Positions 34,401-42,067 of a stretch of 42,067 bases of DNA are shown in pieces. Each line of letters starts with the position of its first letter. The first letter of the stretch is position 1. The notes beneath the pieces were generated by a model that saw nothing but the letters and a program-made list of their open reading frames with translations, ran no database searches and was not told the origin of the DNA. The stretch is from Acidobacteriota bacterium (GTDB lineage Bacteria; Acidobacteriota; UBA6911; JACQSX01), in contig DASXQR010000032.1 of assembly GCA_036507075.1 (NCBI GenBank), positions 1 to 42,067 on the forward strand, read 5' to 3'. The position numbers and the translations under genes are program-made.

Positions 34401-35884
34401 TGTTTACGCGCCATCTGAATGCCTACGAGGGGGGAAATCAGCTTGATTTCCATCGCTGTTTCAATCCGGACCTGAAAATCTCCGGCGGGGCTGGATACGG
34501 CGTTCTGGGAAAGGATGTCTTCTACAACCTGTACAACAGCCTGTTCAAGGGCGCCAACGGCGGGGCATATATCTTCTGGCAGTACTCCACCATTGATCCA
34601 GACCTTACGCTCAGCCAGAGCGGAAAAGACATGGAAGTCGGCTTTCGCGAAATTCGCGGAGATGGAATCGGGAAGCTGGTGGGACTGGCGAGACCGGACA
34701 ACAACGGAATTGCGATCCATTACTCCTACCCGAGCATTCATGGCTCCTGGATCGTGGATGGTAAAGTTCAGGAGAAGGTTACCTACCACACGAGCAGCGC
34801 GTTTGACCGGTTCAACGAAAATCGCGATGGGTGGGTCAAAATCCTGAAAGATGCAGGCTTGCAGTTCGACTTCATCGCCTACAGCGACGTCGAAAAGGGA
34901 GGATTGCTTTCGAAAAAATACCGCACTTTTATTTTGCCGATGAGTATTGCTTTAAGCGAGAGAGAAGCCGCAGCAATCCGTGAGTTTGTCCGCCAGGGAG
35001 GCACCGTGATCGCGGACGCGCTGCCCGGCATCATGGACGAACACTGCACCTTTCGGAAGCAGCGCCTGTTGGGAGACGTGTTCGGCGTGGAATGGCAACC
35101 GTCGGACCGCGACGCCTTGGTCGAGGGACGCGGCGGCGAGCAGGTGACGCTGCTGAGCGCGCAACCTTTTTTGGAGGCGGATGGAAAGCGGATTCTTTTG
35201 CGCAACCAGTTTGGCAGCGGCCGGGCTTACCTTCTCAATTACTTGCTTCACTCCTATCCGGCTGACAAGCTGGAAGGGAAATCCGGCGCGGCGCTGCTGC
35301 GTTTCAAGCGGCTTCTGGAAGATGCAGGGATCATCCCCCCAGTTCGCCTCGCTTCGGCAGGCGGGGCCGGCGTGAACGGTTGTCCCACTTATCTGTTCAA
35401 CAACGGATCGACCCAGCTTCTCGGGTTGGTTCCGGACAAAGGAAGGCGTGGAGCGGAGAAGATTCGAATCATTACGGGCGGTGGACCCCGTCACATCTAC
35501 GATGTTCGGCAGAAGCGGTACCTCGGATTTGCCGCCGAAGTGGAAACGGACATAGAACCGGCGGTCCCGCGGCTGTTCGCATTCGTCGGGCGTCCGGCCG
35601 GCAGGATTGAATTGACCGCGCCCGCCCGGATGCGTCGCGGAGCGGAGATTCAAATAGGAATCCACGTTGCGGGCGTCGACGATCTGCGCTCGGTGGCCAG
35701 AGTTGAAGTGCGGGATCCGCGCGGGCAAACGGTGCGATATTACAGCGGCAACGAAGACGTTGTTGACTCGCGCGCTGTCAAGCGGTTAATGACAGCGTTG
35801 AATGATCCTGCCGGCATCTGGCAAGTGGAGGTCACCGAAGTAATCAGCGGGAAGAAAGCATTGGCGAAAATCCGGGTTGAGTGA
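31439..35884 (+). CDS. Large secreted multidomain glycoside-hydrolase-like protein (GH42 beta-galactosidase-like TIM barrel + trimerisation domain)
   Basis: MRRWLQNSYGSLEALNQQWSTDF..WEDV GH42-type motif; C-terminal YRTFILP...AIREFVRQGGTVIAD; N-terminal CBM-like and glutamine-amidotransferase-like segments. Start uncertain (ATG 31439 or TTG 31727). Confidence 0.75.
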   Translation: MNLVKRAADREAVKENSRGQARFLRAAPGRAPQSGATLKGSKSDGVTAILKTILAPFQGALVGGSSPGAARKKRAWPRLLYLTLSASGPAIQSRSWLALGRALFFAAALHVASCFALADLQVFGSFEEASEVQAVHATNGVRITSSKRFPAWKGDSLEVIFPAQGGAIEYSKIPTDWRRQEALLLFVWSEQPAQLEITLRDLSRASFSKAFNLRPGANHLQLAMASLVGINRAQMTQLSIQSRAAGTFYLDYFALDRFHPMLEKRGRWDINYSMDVPTPHVPWGRPFVNGPIHIYAIADVADGRGVVELAQRLESNFKATTIGRNTSTNKWGFGDFYEQRSAGGEFWIDAYSLAYTYIADDLIHGPEYDVILWPGLRPWESYPAEVRDAVRRRVESGTGLVFFYPFSRDGTAKNESLWNPSPLTRAQEVKSASSNNPLLNDLSRLDRSMWRPAAGHYITRGVPLAAFPWGHIGVPASRAVGEVLLETSEKVPVLAVGSAGRGRVVAFGYSEKGMIPEIEQVFETGLHYPYQEYLWSLVARAVTWAARKEPERGIEKISFLQDRVEISLNGPVPNARALVLVHNSFGELEAEISSRISLSSNNATSRFPHSLPPGRHFADVRVISGDKAFDWAAQVLDVPSRLKIEVLKLARDRVAAGEDVLVNLRLSSSEKIECLAKVRVLDNFDRLLDEQRLQITFAGETEKSVTLKSAGCLSHLARIECEVFAAGVRQDRRVAEVFILQPRKWDDYDIVMYRFGPDPIPGIWPTIDAQLQRLNVTTLSSYSLQHSKHANYNVQAQTRISGQESPDGAARAYYTAMKKKYLETGDKNVLVREYCLDDPAYRARIREELTRLTAPWVPFSPLSYYVLEEPSLTCYGDAVDICFSPFTLAAMRRWLQNSYGSLEALNQQWSTDFHRWEDVTPDDSPAAQKRGNYASWADHRTYMETVYAGTFEYVLHELQRIDPGGILLNSGTQISGSHNGCDYSRVDLFTRHLNAYEGGNQLDFHRCFNPDLKISGGAGYGVLGKDVFYNLYNSLFKGANGGAYIFWQYSTIDPDLTLSQSGKDMEVGFREIRGDGIGKLVGLARPDNNGIAIHYSYPSIHGSWIVDGKVQEKVTYHTSSAFDRFNENRDGWVKILKDAGLQFDFIAYSDVEKGGLLSKKYRTFILPMSIALSEREAAAIREFVRQGGTVIADALPGIMDEHCTFRKQRLLGDVFGVEWQPSDRDALVEGRGGEQVTLLSAQPFLEADGKRILLRNQFGSGRAYLLNYLLHSYPADKLEGKSGAALLRFKRLLEDAGIIPPVRLASAGGAGVNGCPTYLFNNGSTQLLGLVPDKGRRGAEKIRIITGGGPRHIYDVRQKRYLGFAAEVETDIEPAVPRLFAFVGRPAGRIELTAPARMRRGAEIQIGIHVAGVDDLRSVARVEVRDPRGQTVRYYSGNEDVVDSRAVKRLMTALNDPAGIWQVEVTEVISGKKALAKIRVE
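31462..31752. mobile_element. ~290-bp palindromic element, copy 2
   Basis: Near-identical direct copy of 22359-22651; stop-free in the frame of the downstream gene. Confidence 0.85.
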
Positions 35885-35889
35885 GCAAT

Positions 35890-36231
35890 AGAATGCGGAA
35901 TGCGGAAGGCGGAAGGCGGAAGGCAGGAGGCAGAAGGCAGAAGGCGGAAGGCGGAAGGCGGAAGGCGGTAGGACGCGAATACTCTGTGCTCTCTGAAATA
36001 GTAGGTTGGCAACTTTTTGATTTTGGCAAAGTTTTTCGAAATCCCGCACAGGCGCCCCATCCGGGGCGCAAAATGGGGTACTGGAGTCTTATGACACCAC
36101 TACCCAAAATGGACGGCTTTTTTCTTGCGGTCTGCGGCTACACTGGCGCTTTGCGGTGATTGCCAGCAAAATATGAAGACCCATTCCACATTCCGCATTT
36201 CCCATTCCACATTCCGCATTCCACATTCCGC
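35890..36231. repeat. Inverted heptamer arrays (GGCGGAA/TGCGGAA vs ATTCCRC)
   Basis: About 11 units at 35890-35968; 7 units ATTCCAC/ATTCCGC/ATTTCCC at 36183-36231. Confidence 0.9.
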
Positions 36232-38347
36232 AATCGGAATTTTGGTTCTGGTCGTCCTGGCGACGCAGGCCTCGGCCCAGGTCTATTCCCCGAAGGTGCT
36301 GGTCAAGGGTCAGGTCGACACTACCGATCCGAAAGCTCTGGCTGCCGCCATTTACGCGCAGTCGGGCGCGGTCACCCCCAGGGAAAAAGCCGAGGCGATC
36401 TGGCGCTTCTTTCTTACGGACGGACGGTTCGTGGCGCCGGGATTCTGGTATCACATTGCAGGCTGGGCCTACGAAGAGCCCGTGGGCGAAGTGCTGGACC
36501 CGATAAAGCTGCTCAACAGTTACGGGTTTGGTCTCTGCTATCACATCGCACCGCTGCTGGAGGCTGTCTGGGAAGCCGGCGGCTTCAGCGATGCCCGCGT
36601 CTGGTTTCTCACCGGCCACACGGTCGCCGAGGTTTTCTACGACGGCGCCTATCATTATTTTGATTCCGATTTGCTCGGCTTCAACACAGTGGGAACGGGC
36701 GATCCGAAAAAGCTGGCGGTCGCCTCGGTACGGCAGGTCGAGGCAGACGGCGATATCATTTTGGGAAAATTGATCGCTCCCAATAAGTCCGATGCCTCCC
36801 GGGTGGTCTATCCATGGTATCCCGCCGATGTTAAGGGATCGGAAATGAACGGACTGGTGGAGCTCTTCACTTCCACGCAGGATAATTGGCTCTTTCCCTT
36901 CACCCGATATGCCGCCGGGCATCGGATGGATTTTGTTTTGCGCCCGGGCGAGCGCCTCACTCGTTTTTTCCATCCCGAGAATTCAAGCCTCTTTTATCTT
37001 CCCTACAAGCGCACTGAAAAAGGATGGGAAGAATTTCCGGAAGAGGTTGCGCACTATCGGATCCGGACGCCAGATGGCCCGCGCAGCCAGAAGGACAATC
37101 GTTACTGGGCGACCGGCAAGCTTGAATACACACCGGTGCTCTCGGACCCGAAGGCCTACTACCCGCTTTTTCAATCCGGCTACAACGAGAATCTGCGGCT
37201 GCCGGAGGGCCGAACCCAAAACGGCTTTGTTACCTGGCGGCAGCCGGGGAAAATGGCGCGCGCCGTGTTTGAAGTCCAGTCTCCCTACGTTATTATCGAT
37301 GGGAATTTTTCCGTCGATTTGGCGCTGGCGCAATTGGATCAATCACTGCTGGTCGAGACATCCATTGACGGAGGCAGGAACTGGCAGTCCGCCGGCAAAT
37401 GGAACGGACCGTTCCAGGGACGCTGCAGCGGCGCTCCGGCGGTTTTGTCCCGATCCGAACATGGGACCCTTACAGCCGTTTCAGGTCATTATGCATACCT
37501 GCTGCGTTTCACGTTTCAGGGATCAGGCTCTGTCGAACCGGTTCGGTTGAGCAACATTGTTATCAATACTCGTTTTCAACTGAATCCTCGTTCCCTGCCG
37601 AAACTCAATTCCGGTCGTAATGAGCTCGTTTACCGGTCCGGAACGGCAGAGCGCTGGCGCGCTATTCCGGTCGGGCTGGAAGCCCTGAACGATTTCGCCT
37701 TTCGTCAATCCGGCGTCCGCTACACTGCTTCGGAATCTCAAGGTTTCCTGGAATCACTGCAAGGCAGAACCGCCGAAGTAATTTTCGAAATATCCGCTCC
37801 GGGGGATTCCGCGCTGAAGGCTTTCGAGGCTGGTGGAAGATTTCTCGATCTGAACGGGGGTCTGGCCCCAGACAAGTTTACCGCTGAAGTGCGAAGGATT
37901 GCTCGGGCGCATCCATTGACCGATCCGGCGGGAGCTACATCGCTAAGCTGGTCGTTATCGCCCGGTGGTCCGTTCAAGATTCTCTGGCAATACCGGGCGG
38001 GCTGGAATGGCATGGATGGCGAGCGCGTCGATCGCGCCCTCCGCTGGCCGGAAGTTGATCGGCGGATTCTCGAGTTGCCGTCCGGAACACGGCACGTTTA
38101 TGTAAGGTACAGATTCCGGGCGATGGCGCTGGACAATATCCGTTTATCGGCGGTCAACGTGGAGAAAGACGCATCGCCGGCGCTGGAAATCACTCATGTC
38201 TGGTCGCGCGAGGGACGGCCGCAGTACCACCGTGAAGCAGTCGACCGGCCTTGGCATGCTCGCACCTACACGGTCGATACGGGCGAAGGGCCTCTGGAAA
38301 ATGAGGCAATCATTTTTTATTGCCCGAGGCCGGACGAAAAACGCTGA
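36173..38347 (+). CDS. Secreted protein with N-terminal transglutaminase-like (Cys-His-Asp) domain
   Basis: GFGLCYHIA ... GHTVAEVFYDGAYHYFDSD triad pattern; signal GILVLVVLATQASA; beta-rich C-terminus; start ATG 36173. Confidence 0.75.
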   Translation: MKTHSTFRISHSTFRIPHSAIGILVLVVLATQASAQVYSPKVLVKGQVDTTDPKALAAAIYAQSGAVTPREKAEAIWRFFLTDGRFVAPGFWYHIAGWAYEEPVGEVLDPIKLLNSYGFGLCYHIAPLLEAVWEAGGFSDARVWFLTGHTVAEVFYDGAYHYFDSDLLGFNTVGTGDPKKLAVASVRQVEADGDIILGKLIAPNKSDASRVVYPWYPADVKGSEMNGLVELFTSTQDNWLFPFTRYAAGHRMDFVLRPGERLTRFFHPENSSLFYLPYKRTEKGWEEFPEEVAHYRIRTPDGPRSQKDNRYWATGKLEYTPVLSDPKAYYPLFQSGYNENLRLPEGRTQNGFVTWRQPGKMARAVFEVQSPYVIIDGNFSVDLALAQLDQSLLVETSIDGGRNWQSAGKWNGPFQGRCSGAPAVLSRSEHGTLTAVSGHYAYLLRFTFQGSGSVEPVRLSNIVINTRFQLNPRSLPKLNSGRNELVYRSGTAERWRAIPVGLEALNDFAFRQSGVRYTASESQGFLESLQGRTAEVIFEISAPGDSALKAFEAGGRFLDLNGGLAPDKFTAEVRRIARAHPLTDPAGATSLSWSLSPGGPFKILWQYRAGWNGMDGERVDRALRWPEVDRRILELPSGTRHVYVRYRFRAMALDNIRLSAVNVEKDASPALEITHVWSREGRPQYHREAVDRPWHARTYTVDTGEGPLENEAIIFYCPRPDEKR

Positions 38348-38429
38348 ACGATTCAGGCCCGCACCAAGGAAAAGTCATTGCCTGTAACGAACAAACTGGC
38401 GTAGTTCGGATGACGGTCGGGAAGTTTCT

Positions 38430-38625
38430 GCCACAGAGGCACAAAAAACTCAGAGTTTACGCAGAGACGCCAGACTTGGCGTACTTTGCCGGCAACTTCT
38501 TGTTTTTAGGCAAGATTTCAAAGACATCGATCACGTTAACGTCCACGTAGAATTGCGATTTTTTTTCGTGAGCGTGGACGTGGTCGTTGACGTCTATCGT
38601 TGACGTGCACGTGCGCGTGGCCGTC
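38430..38625. repeat. Composite spacer: nonamer repeats, AT-rich core, inverted hexamer repeats
   Basis: Its reverse complement resembles 755-915 (gacgttaacgtgatcg...gaaatcttgcctaaaaacaagaagttgcc). Confidence 0.65.
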
Positions 38626-38652
38626 CTCGGCTTTTTTCTTTGGTTGTGGGTC

Positions 38653-41600
38653 ATGAAACACAGAATGCGGACTGTCACCTCAATATTTTTAGCTTCGTGC
38701 TCGCTTATCATTACCGCATCGGCGGCTCCCGCCTCCGTGCAGTTCCGCCGTGAAACCCTGCAGATTCCCACTTACACTTTCAGCGGGGCCGAAACCGTCG
38801 CGCCGCTGTTCAAATCCACCGATACGGGCGGCATCTACCCGTACACCGCGGTCGACCGGGATTCGATGAGCTCCAAACCTGTCCCCGTCACGTATGAAGC
38901 GCTGGTGCTGGAAAACGAATATCTGCGCGTGACACTGTTGCCCGAGTTGGGAGGGCGAATCTGGTCCGCTTACGACAAAGTGGCCGGGCGCGAAATCTTC
39001 TATTGCGCCAGCGTCATCAAACCGAGCCGGTACAACCAGCGCGGCGCCTGGCCGGTCGGCAACCTGGAACTCTACGGTCCCTTTGACGCGCACATGCTCA
39101 CCTGGCCGGGCGAGCCGTGGCCGTGGGCCGTCACTTCGAATCGCGACGGCAGCGCGACAGTGACGCTTTCCCACATCGATCATTTCTTCAGAGACAAAAT
39201 ATCGCTCAAAGTAACGCTGCGACCGGGACGGTCCTTCATCGAAACAACCGTCAGACTGCATAACGGGAATTTGTTGCCCAATCGCTATTTGCTATGGACC
39301 AATGCCGGCGTTGCCGCCGGTGATGAGACTCGCTTTATTTATCCGATGACGCGCACCATTGGCCACAACAGCGGCGAAATCGGAACCTGGCCGGTAATCG
39401 GAGGAGTGGATCTGAGCTGGCAAAAGAATAACAAGAATATGCTCGGGGTCTTCGGTCTGGATATCTACGATAATTTTATTTCCGCTTACGACTTCAAAAA
39501 GGATTACGGAACTGTCTGCTACACCGACCGGATGCTGGCGCGCGGCATCAAAACGTGGACCTGGGGGACGGGCGCAGCCGCCCTGCGCCACATGGCTTCC
39601 TACACGGATCAGGACGGACCTTACGTTGAAGTGCAAAGCGGGCGGTTCGTGTGGGACGGAAATTATGAATTCATTGATCCCGGCCGGACCGACGGATGGA
39701 CTGAGTACTGGTATGGCGCCGGCAAGCTCGGGGGTCTGACCACGGCGAGTCGCGACGTTGCCGCAGCACTCGAAATCTCTTCCCAGCGACTCGATTCCGC
39801 GCGGCTGTCCCTGGTTGCCACCGGAAACTTTCACGCTGCAACTGTACAGCTTCTGGCGGACGGTCAATCCATTTGGGAGGTGAAACAATCGCTGCGGGCC
39901 GGAGTCGCGAATCATCTCTCTGTGCCGGTTTCGCCCGACGCACAGAAGAAAGAGCTGAACCTGAAGATTCAATCGCAGGATGGGCGTGTGCTGCTCGATT
40001 ATTATCAATACCCGAACGGCGCTCATCCTGGCGCCCTGTTTGCTCTGGATTCGATTCCGCGGAACTTTGGGCCCCCAGAGACGCTCAGCGTGGAAGAGAT
40101 TTTCCAGAAAGGACTCGGTTTCGAAAAATTTGGCCGGCTCGAAAATGCGGCCGCGGCCTACAATGCAGCCCTGGCAAGGGACGACCACTACGCTCCCGCT
40201 CACATTCGACTCGGGCTGCTGGCGCTCGACCGTTCTGAGGCCGAGGCGGCGCGGCAGCACTTTGAGGCGGCTCTGGCGCGCGACCCCGCCGCGGGCGAAA
40301 GTCACTACTTCCTGGCAGTTCTTTACGTCGAGCAAGGGAATATTGTTGAAGCTCGCCGCCACCTTTTGAGATTACTGCCGTCTTCGCCCTATTTCGATCG
40401 TCGAGAGTACGCAATCGGGTTGCTTGATTTGCAGGCTAATGACTTCGAGGAAGCCGAACAGCGTTTCCAGAGCGCTGCCGATCAAAATTCGTCCGATCCC
40501 TCGGTTCTTCAAGCTTACAGCTATGTGCTCAGGAAGCTGAAACGGGAGCAGGTTGCGCGCGCCAAATTGGACTTGTTGCTCGCGCTGGATTCAACCAACG
40601 CCTTCGCCTTCGCTGAAAAACTTTTCCTCGCGCAATCGCCCGAAGCGGAAACCTTGCTCGATCGAGCCTGCGCCCGTCACTCGCAGGGTTACCTCGAGCT
40701 GGCGACACAGTATTTCCGGCTTTCCGGTTGGCGGGAAGCCGCGGCCGTGCTGGATCGGGGGATCACTCTTGCCCGGGATTCGGGTGGAGTTCCGCATCCA
40801 CTCCTTTATTACTACCGGGCTTATGCGGCGGATCGGCTCTCGCAACCGCCGGCGCTGCGAAAGGCCTTGGACTCGGCCCGGCTTTCAAACCTGAACATTG
40901 AGATCTTCCCTTTCCGCCGTGAAACCATCGCGGTTCTCCAGCGCATTCTCGAAATTGAACCGAATGACGCGAATGCTTCCGCGCTTCTGGGAGACATTCT
41001 ATATAGCCGCAATCGCCGCCTGGAAGCGCTGCAGCACTGGCGCACGGCCCTTGCAGCCGACGTCAAGCATTTTCTGGCTCATCGCGATCTGGGGATGGCC
41101 CTGTTGGAAGCAGGTCACACGGACGAGGCGCTGGGGTACCTTACGCGCGCCTCGGAGCTTCGTCCCGATCAATGGTCGACGATGCGTTTGATCGCGGGAT
41201 TGAACGCGCGGCGCGGAAATGCGGCGGCGGCGCGCCAGGTGTTGGAACGGGCGCTGCAGCAGAGGCCCGGAAATGATGTGATACTGGAGAACCTGGCATC
41301 CGTCGAGGCGCAGGCGGAAAATTACGATCGCGCTTTATCGCTGCTCGCCGGCCATACCTTTGAACCGCGCCATCAGTCCTATTCTCTGATGCAGCTTTAT
41401 CAAGGCATCAGACTGATGCTGGCGCTGCGGAGCTTGCGCCAGGGGAACCGCGAGCGGACGTTGAACGAGATTCACCTGGCCCAGCAGCCGCCGGCCAATC
41501 TGGGAGCGGATGATTTTGCGGCACTGCAAAAGCCGCGGCTGCTCGTGTTTGAAGCTCTGGCGCGCGGGCGCGCGGGCGATCGCGAGGGAGCAATGCGAGC

Positions 41601-41940
41601 CTGGCAGGCCGCTGCCAAATCCAGCGATGACGAAATCGAAGGTGAGGGATTGTTTCGAGCGATCGCCCTGCACCAGACGGGGATGAAAGAACAGGCAGAG
41701 AGCTGGATGAGAAATTTCATCGCCGTAAACGAACAACGCAAGAGCGATTCATCGCTGGACCTGCGGGTTCAAGCTTACTACCTCCAAGGGATTTATGACG
41801 TTTTCCGCGGCCAGAAGGAACAGGCTCGACTCGATTTCGGCCGTGCCCTGGAACTGGACCAATCTTACTTGTTCGCCCGTCAGGCGCTGGCCTGGCTGGA
41901 AGCGGGTGAATTTGAAATCCCGCGCGTGAGTCCCGGGTGA
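38653..41940 (+). CDS. DUF5107-domain protein with C-terminal TPRs
   Basis: LENEYLRVTLLPELGGRIWSAYDK...EIFY, WTNAGV, KTWTWG, YTDQDGPYVEVQSG; long TPR tail; signal peptide from ATG 38653. Confidence 0.85.
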   Translation: MKHRMRTVTSIFLASCSLIITASAAPASVQFRRETLQIPTYTFSGAETVAPLFKSTDTGGIYPYTAVDRDSMSSKPVPVTYEALVLENEYLRVTLLPELGGRIWSAYDKVAGREIFYCASVIKPSRYNQRGAWPVGNLELYGPFDAHMLTWPGEPWPWAVTSNRDGSATVTLSHIDHFFRDKISLKVTLRPGRSFIETTVRLHNGNLLPNRYLLWTNAGVAAGDETRFIYPMTRTIGHNSGEIGTWPVIGGVDLSWQKNNKNMLGVFGLDIYDNFISAYDFKKDYGTVCYTDRMLARGIKTWTWGTGAAALRHMASYTDQDGPYVEVQSGRFVWDGNYEFIDPGRTDGWTEYWYGAGKLGGLTTASRDVAAALEISSQRLDSARLSLVATGNFHAATVQLLADGQSIWEVKQSLRAGVANHLSVPVSPDAQKKELNLKIQSQDGRVLLDYYQYPNGAHPGALFALDSIPRNFGPPETLSVEEIFQKGLGFEKFGRLENAAAAYNAALARDDHYAPAHIRLGLLALDRSEAEAARQHFEAALARDPAAGESHYFLAVLYVEQGNIVEARRHLLRLLPSSPYFDRREYAIGLLDLQANDFEEAEQRFQSAADQNSSDPSVLQAYSYVLRKLKREQVARAKLDLLLALDSTNAFAFAEKLFLAQSPEAETLLDRACARHSQGYLELATQYFRLSGWREAAAVLDRGITLARDSGGVPHPLLYYYRAYAADRLSQPPALRKALDSARLSNLNIEIFPFRRETIAVLQRILEIEPNDANASALLGDILYSRNRRLEALQHWRTALAADVKHFLAHRDLGMALLEAGHTDEALGYLTRASELRPDQWSTMRLIAGLNARRGNAAAARQVLERALQQRPGNDVILENLASVEAQAENYDRALSLLAGHTFEPRHQSYSLMQLYQGIRLMLALRSLRQGNRERTLNEIHLAQQPPANLGADDFAALQKPRLLVFEALARGRAGDREGAMRAWQAAAKSSDDEIEGEGLFRAIALHQTGMKEQAESWMRNFIAVNEQRKSDSSLDLRVQAYYLQGIYDVFRGQKEQARLDFGRALELDQSYLFARQALAWLEAGEFEIPRVSPG

Positions 41941-42001
41941 TTCAAAACTTCAACCGCAAAGAACGCAAAGAACGCCAAGATAGCGCGGGGTGACGGCCTG
42001 G

Positions 42002-42067
42002 AGCTCAAAGCATGAAGGCCAAGGCGAAAAAACACACAATTCTTATTGGCCCTTCATGCTTTGAGCT
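42002..42067. repeat. 17-bp inverted repeat downstream of the DUF5107 gene
   Basis: agctcaaagcatgaagg (42002-42018) vs ccttcatgctttgagct (42051-42067); may extend past the window edge. Confidence 0.7.

Noticed and set aside
38587..38652. N-terminal extension of the DUF5107 ORF (VDVHVRV)
   Set aside because: Translation of the hexamer repeat; signal peptide begins at ATG 38653.
39292..40362. Long antisense ORFs (also 27670-28620, 36089-36973, 23149-23904)
   Set aside because: Shadows of GC-rich sense genes with clear family motifs; no independent motifs.
1..42067. tRNA/rRNA genes, integrase, prophage or reverse-transcriptase systems
   Set aside because: No cloverleaf, rRNA signature, recombinase, phage structural or RT motifs recognised by eye; not excluded computationally.

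Overview
GC-rich bacterial chromosomal fragment, most likely Acidobacteriota (inferred from an Oar-type TonB-dependent receptor, CRTAC1/ASPIC-UnbV+TPR, DUF5107-TPR and sulfatase-TPR gene families). In order: a REP-flanked IS200-like Y1 transposase, K+ channel, Tat TIM-barrel isomerase, phd-vapC toxin-antitoxin pair, a decayed region with a small zinc-finger protein, a LacI/TonB-receptor/GMC-oxidoreductase/PQQ-dehydrogenase carbohydrate locus, a PQQ-propeller protein, a Tat class-V PLP enzyme, a sulfate-type ABC operon (sbp-cysT-cysW-beta-barrel-cysA), a sulfatase-like TPR protein and three large secreted proteins. The most striking signal is a well-formed c-di-AMP (ydaO/yuaA) riboswitch with its own sigma70-type promoter at the head of the sulfate ABC operon, whose ATPase is fused to two USP domains. 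This suggests c-di-AMP control of anion uptake at RNA and possibly protein level. Many intergenic spacers carry palindromic REP/MITE-like elements or 6/7/9-bp tandem repeats, and two of these appear to be read in frame within signal-peptide coding regions. All calls are from manual motif reading; no searches were run.
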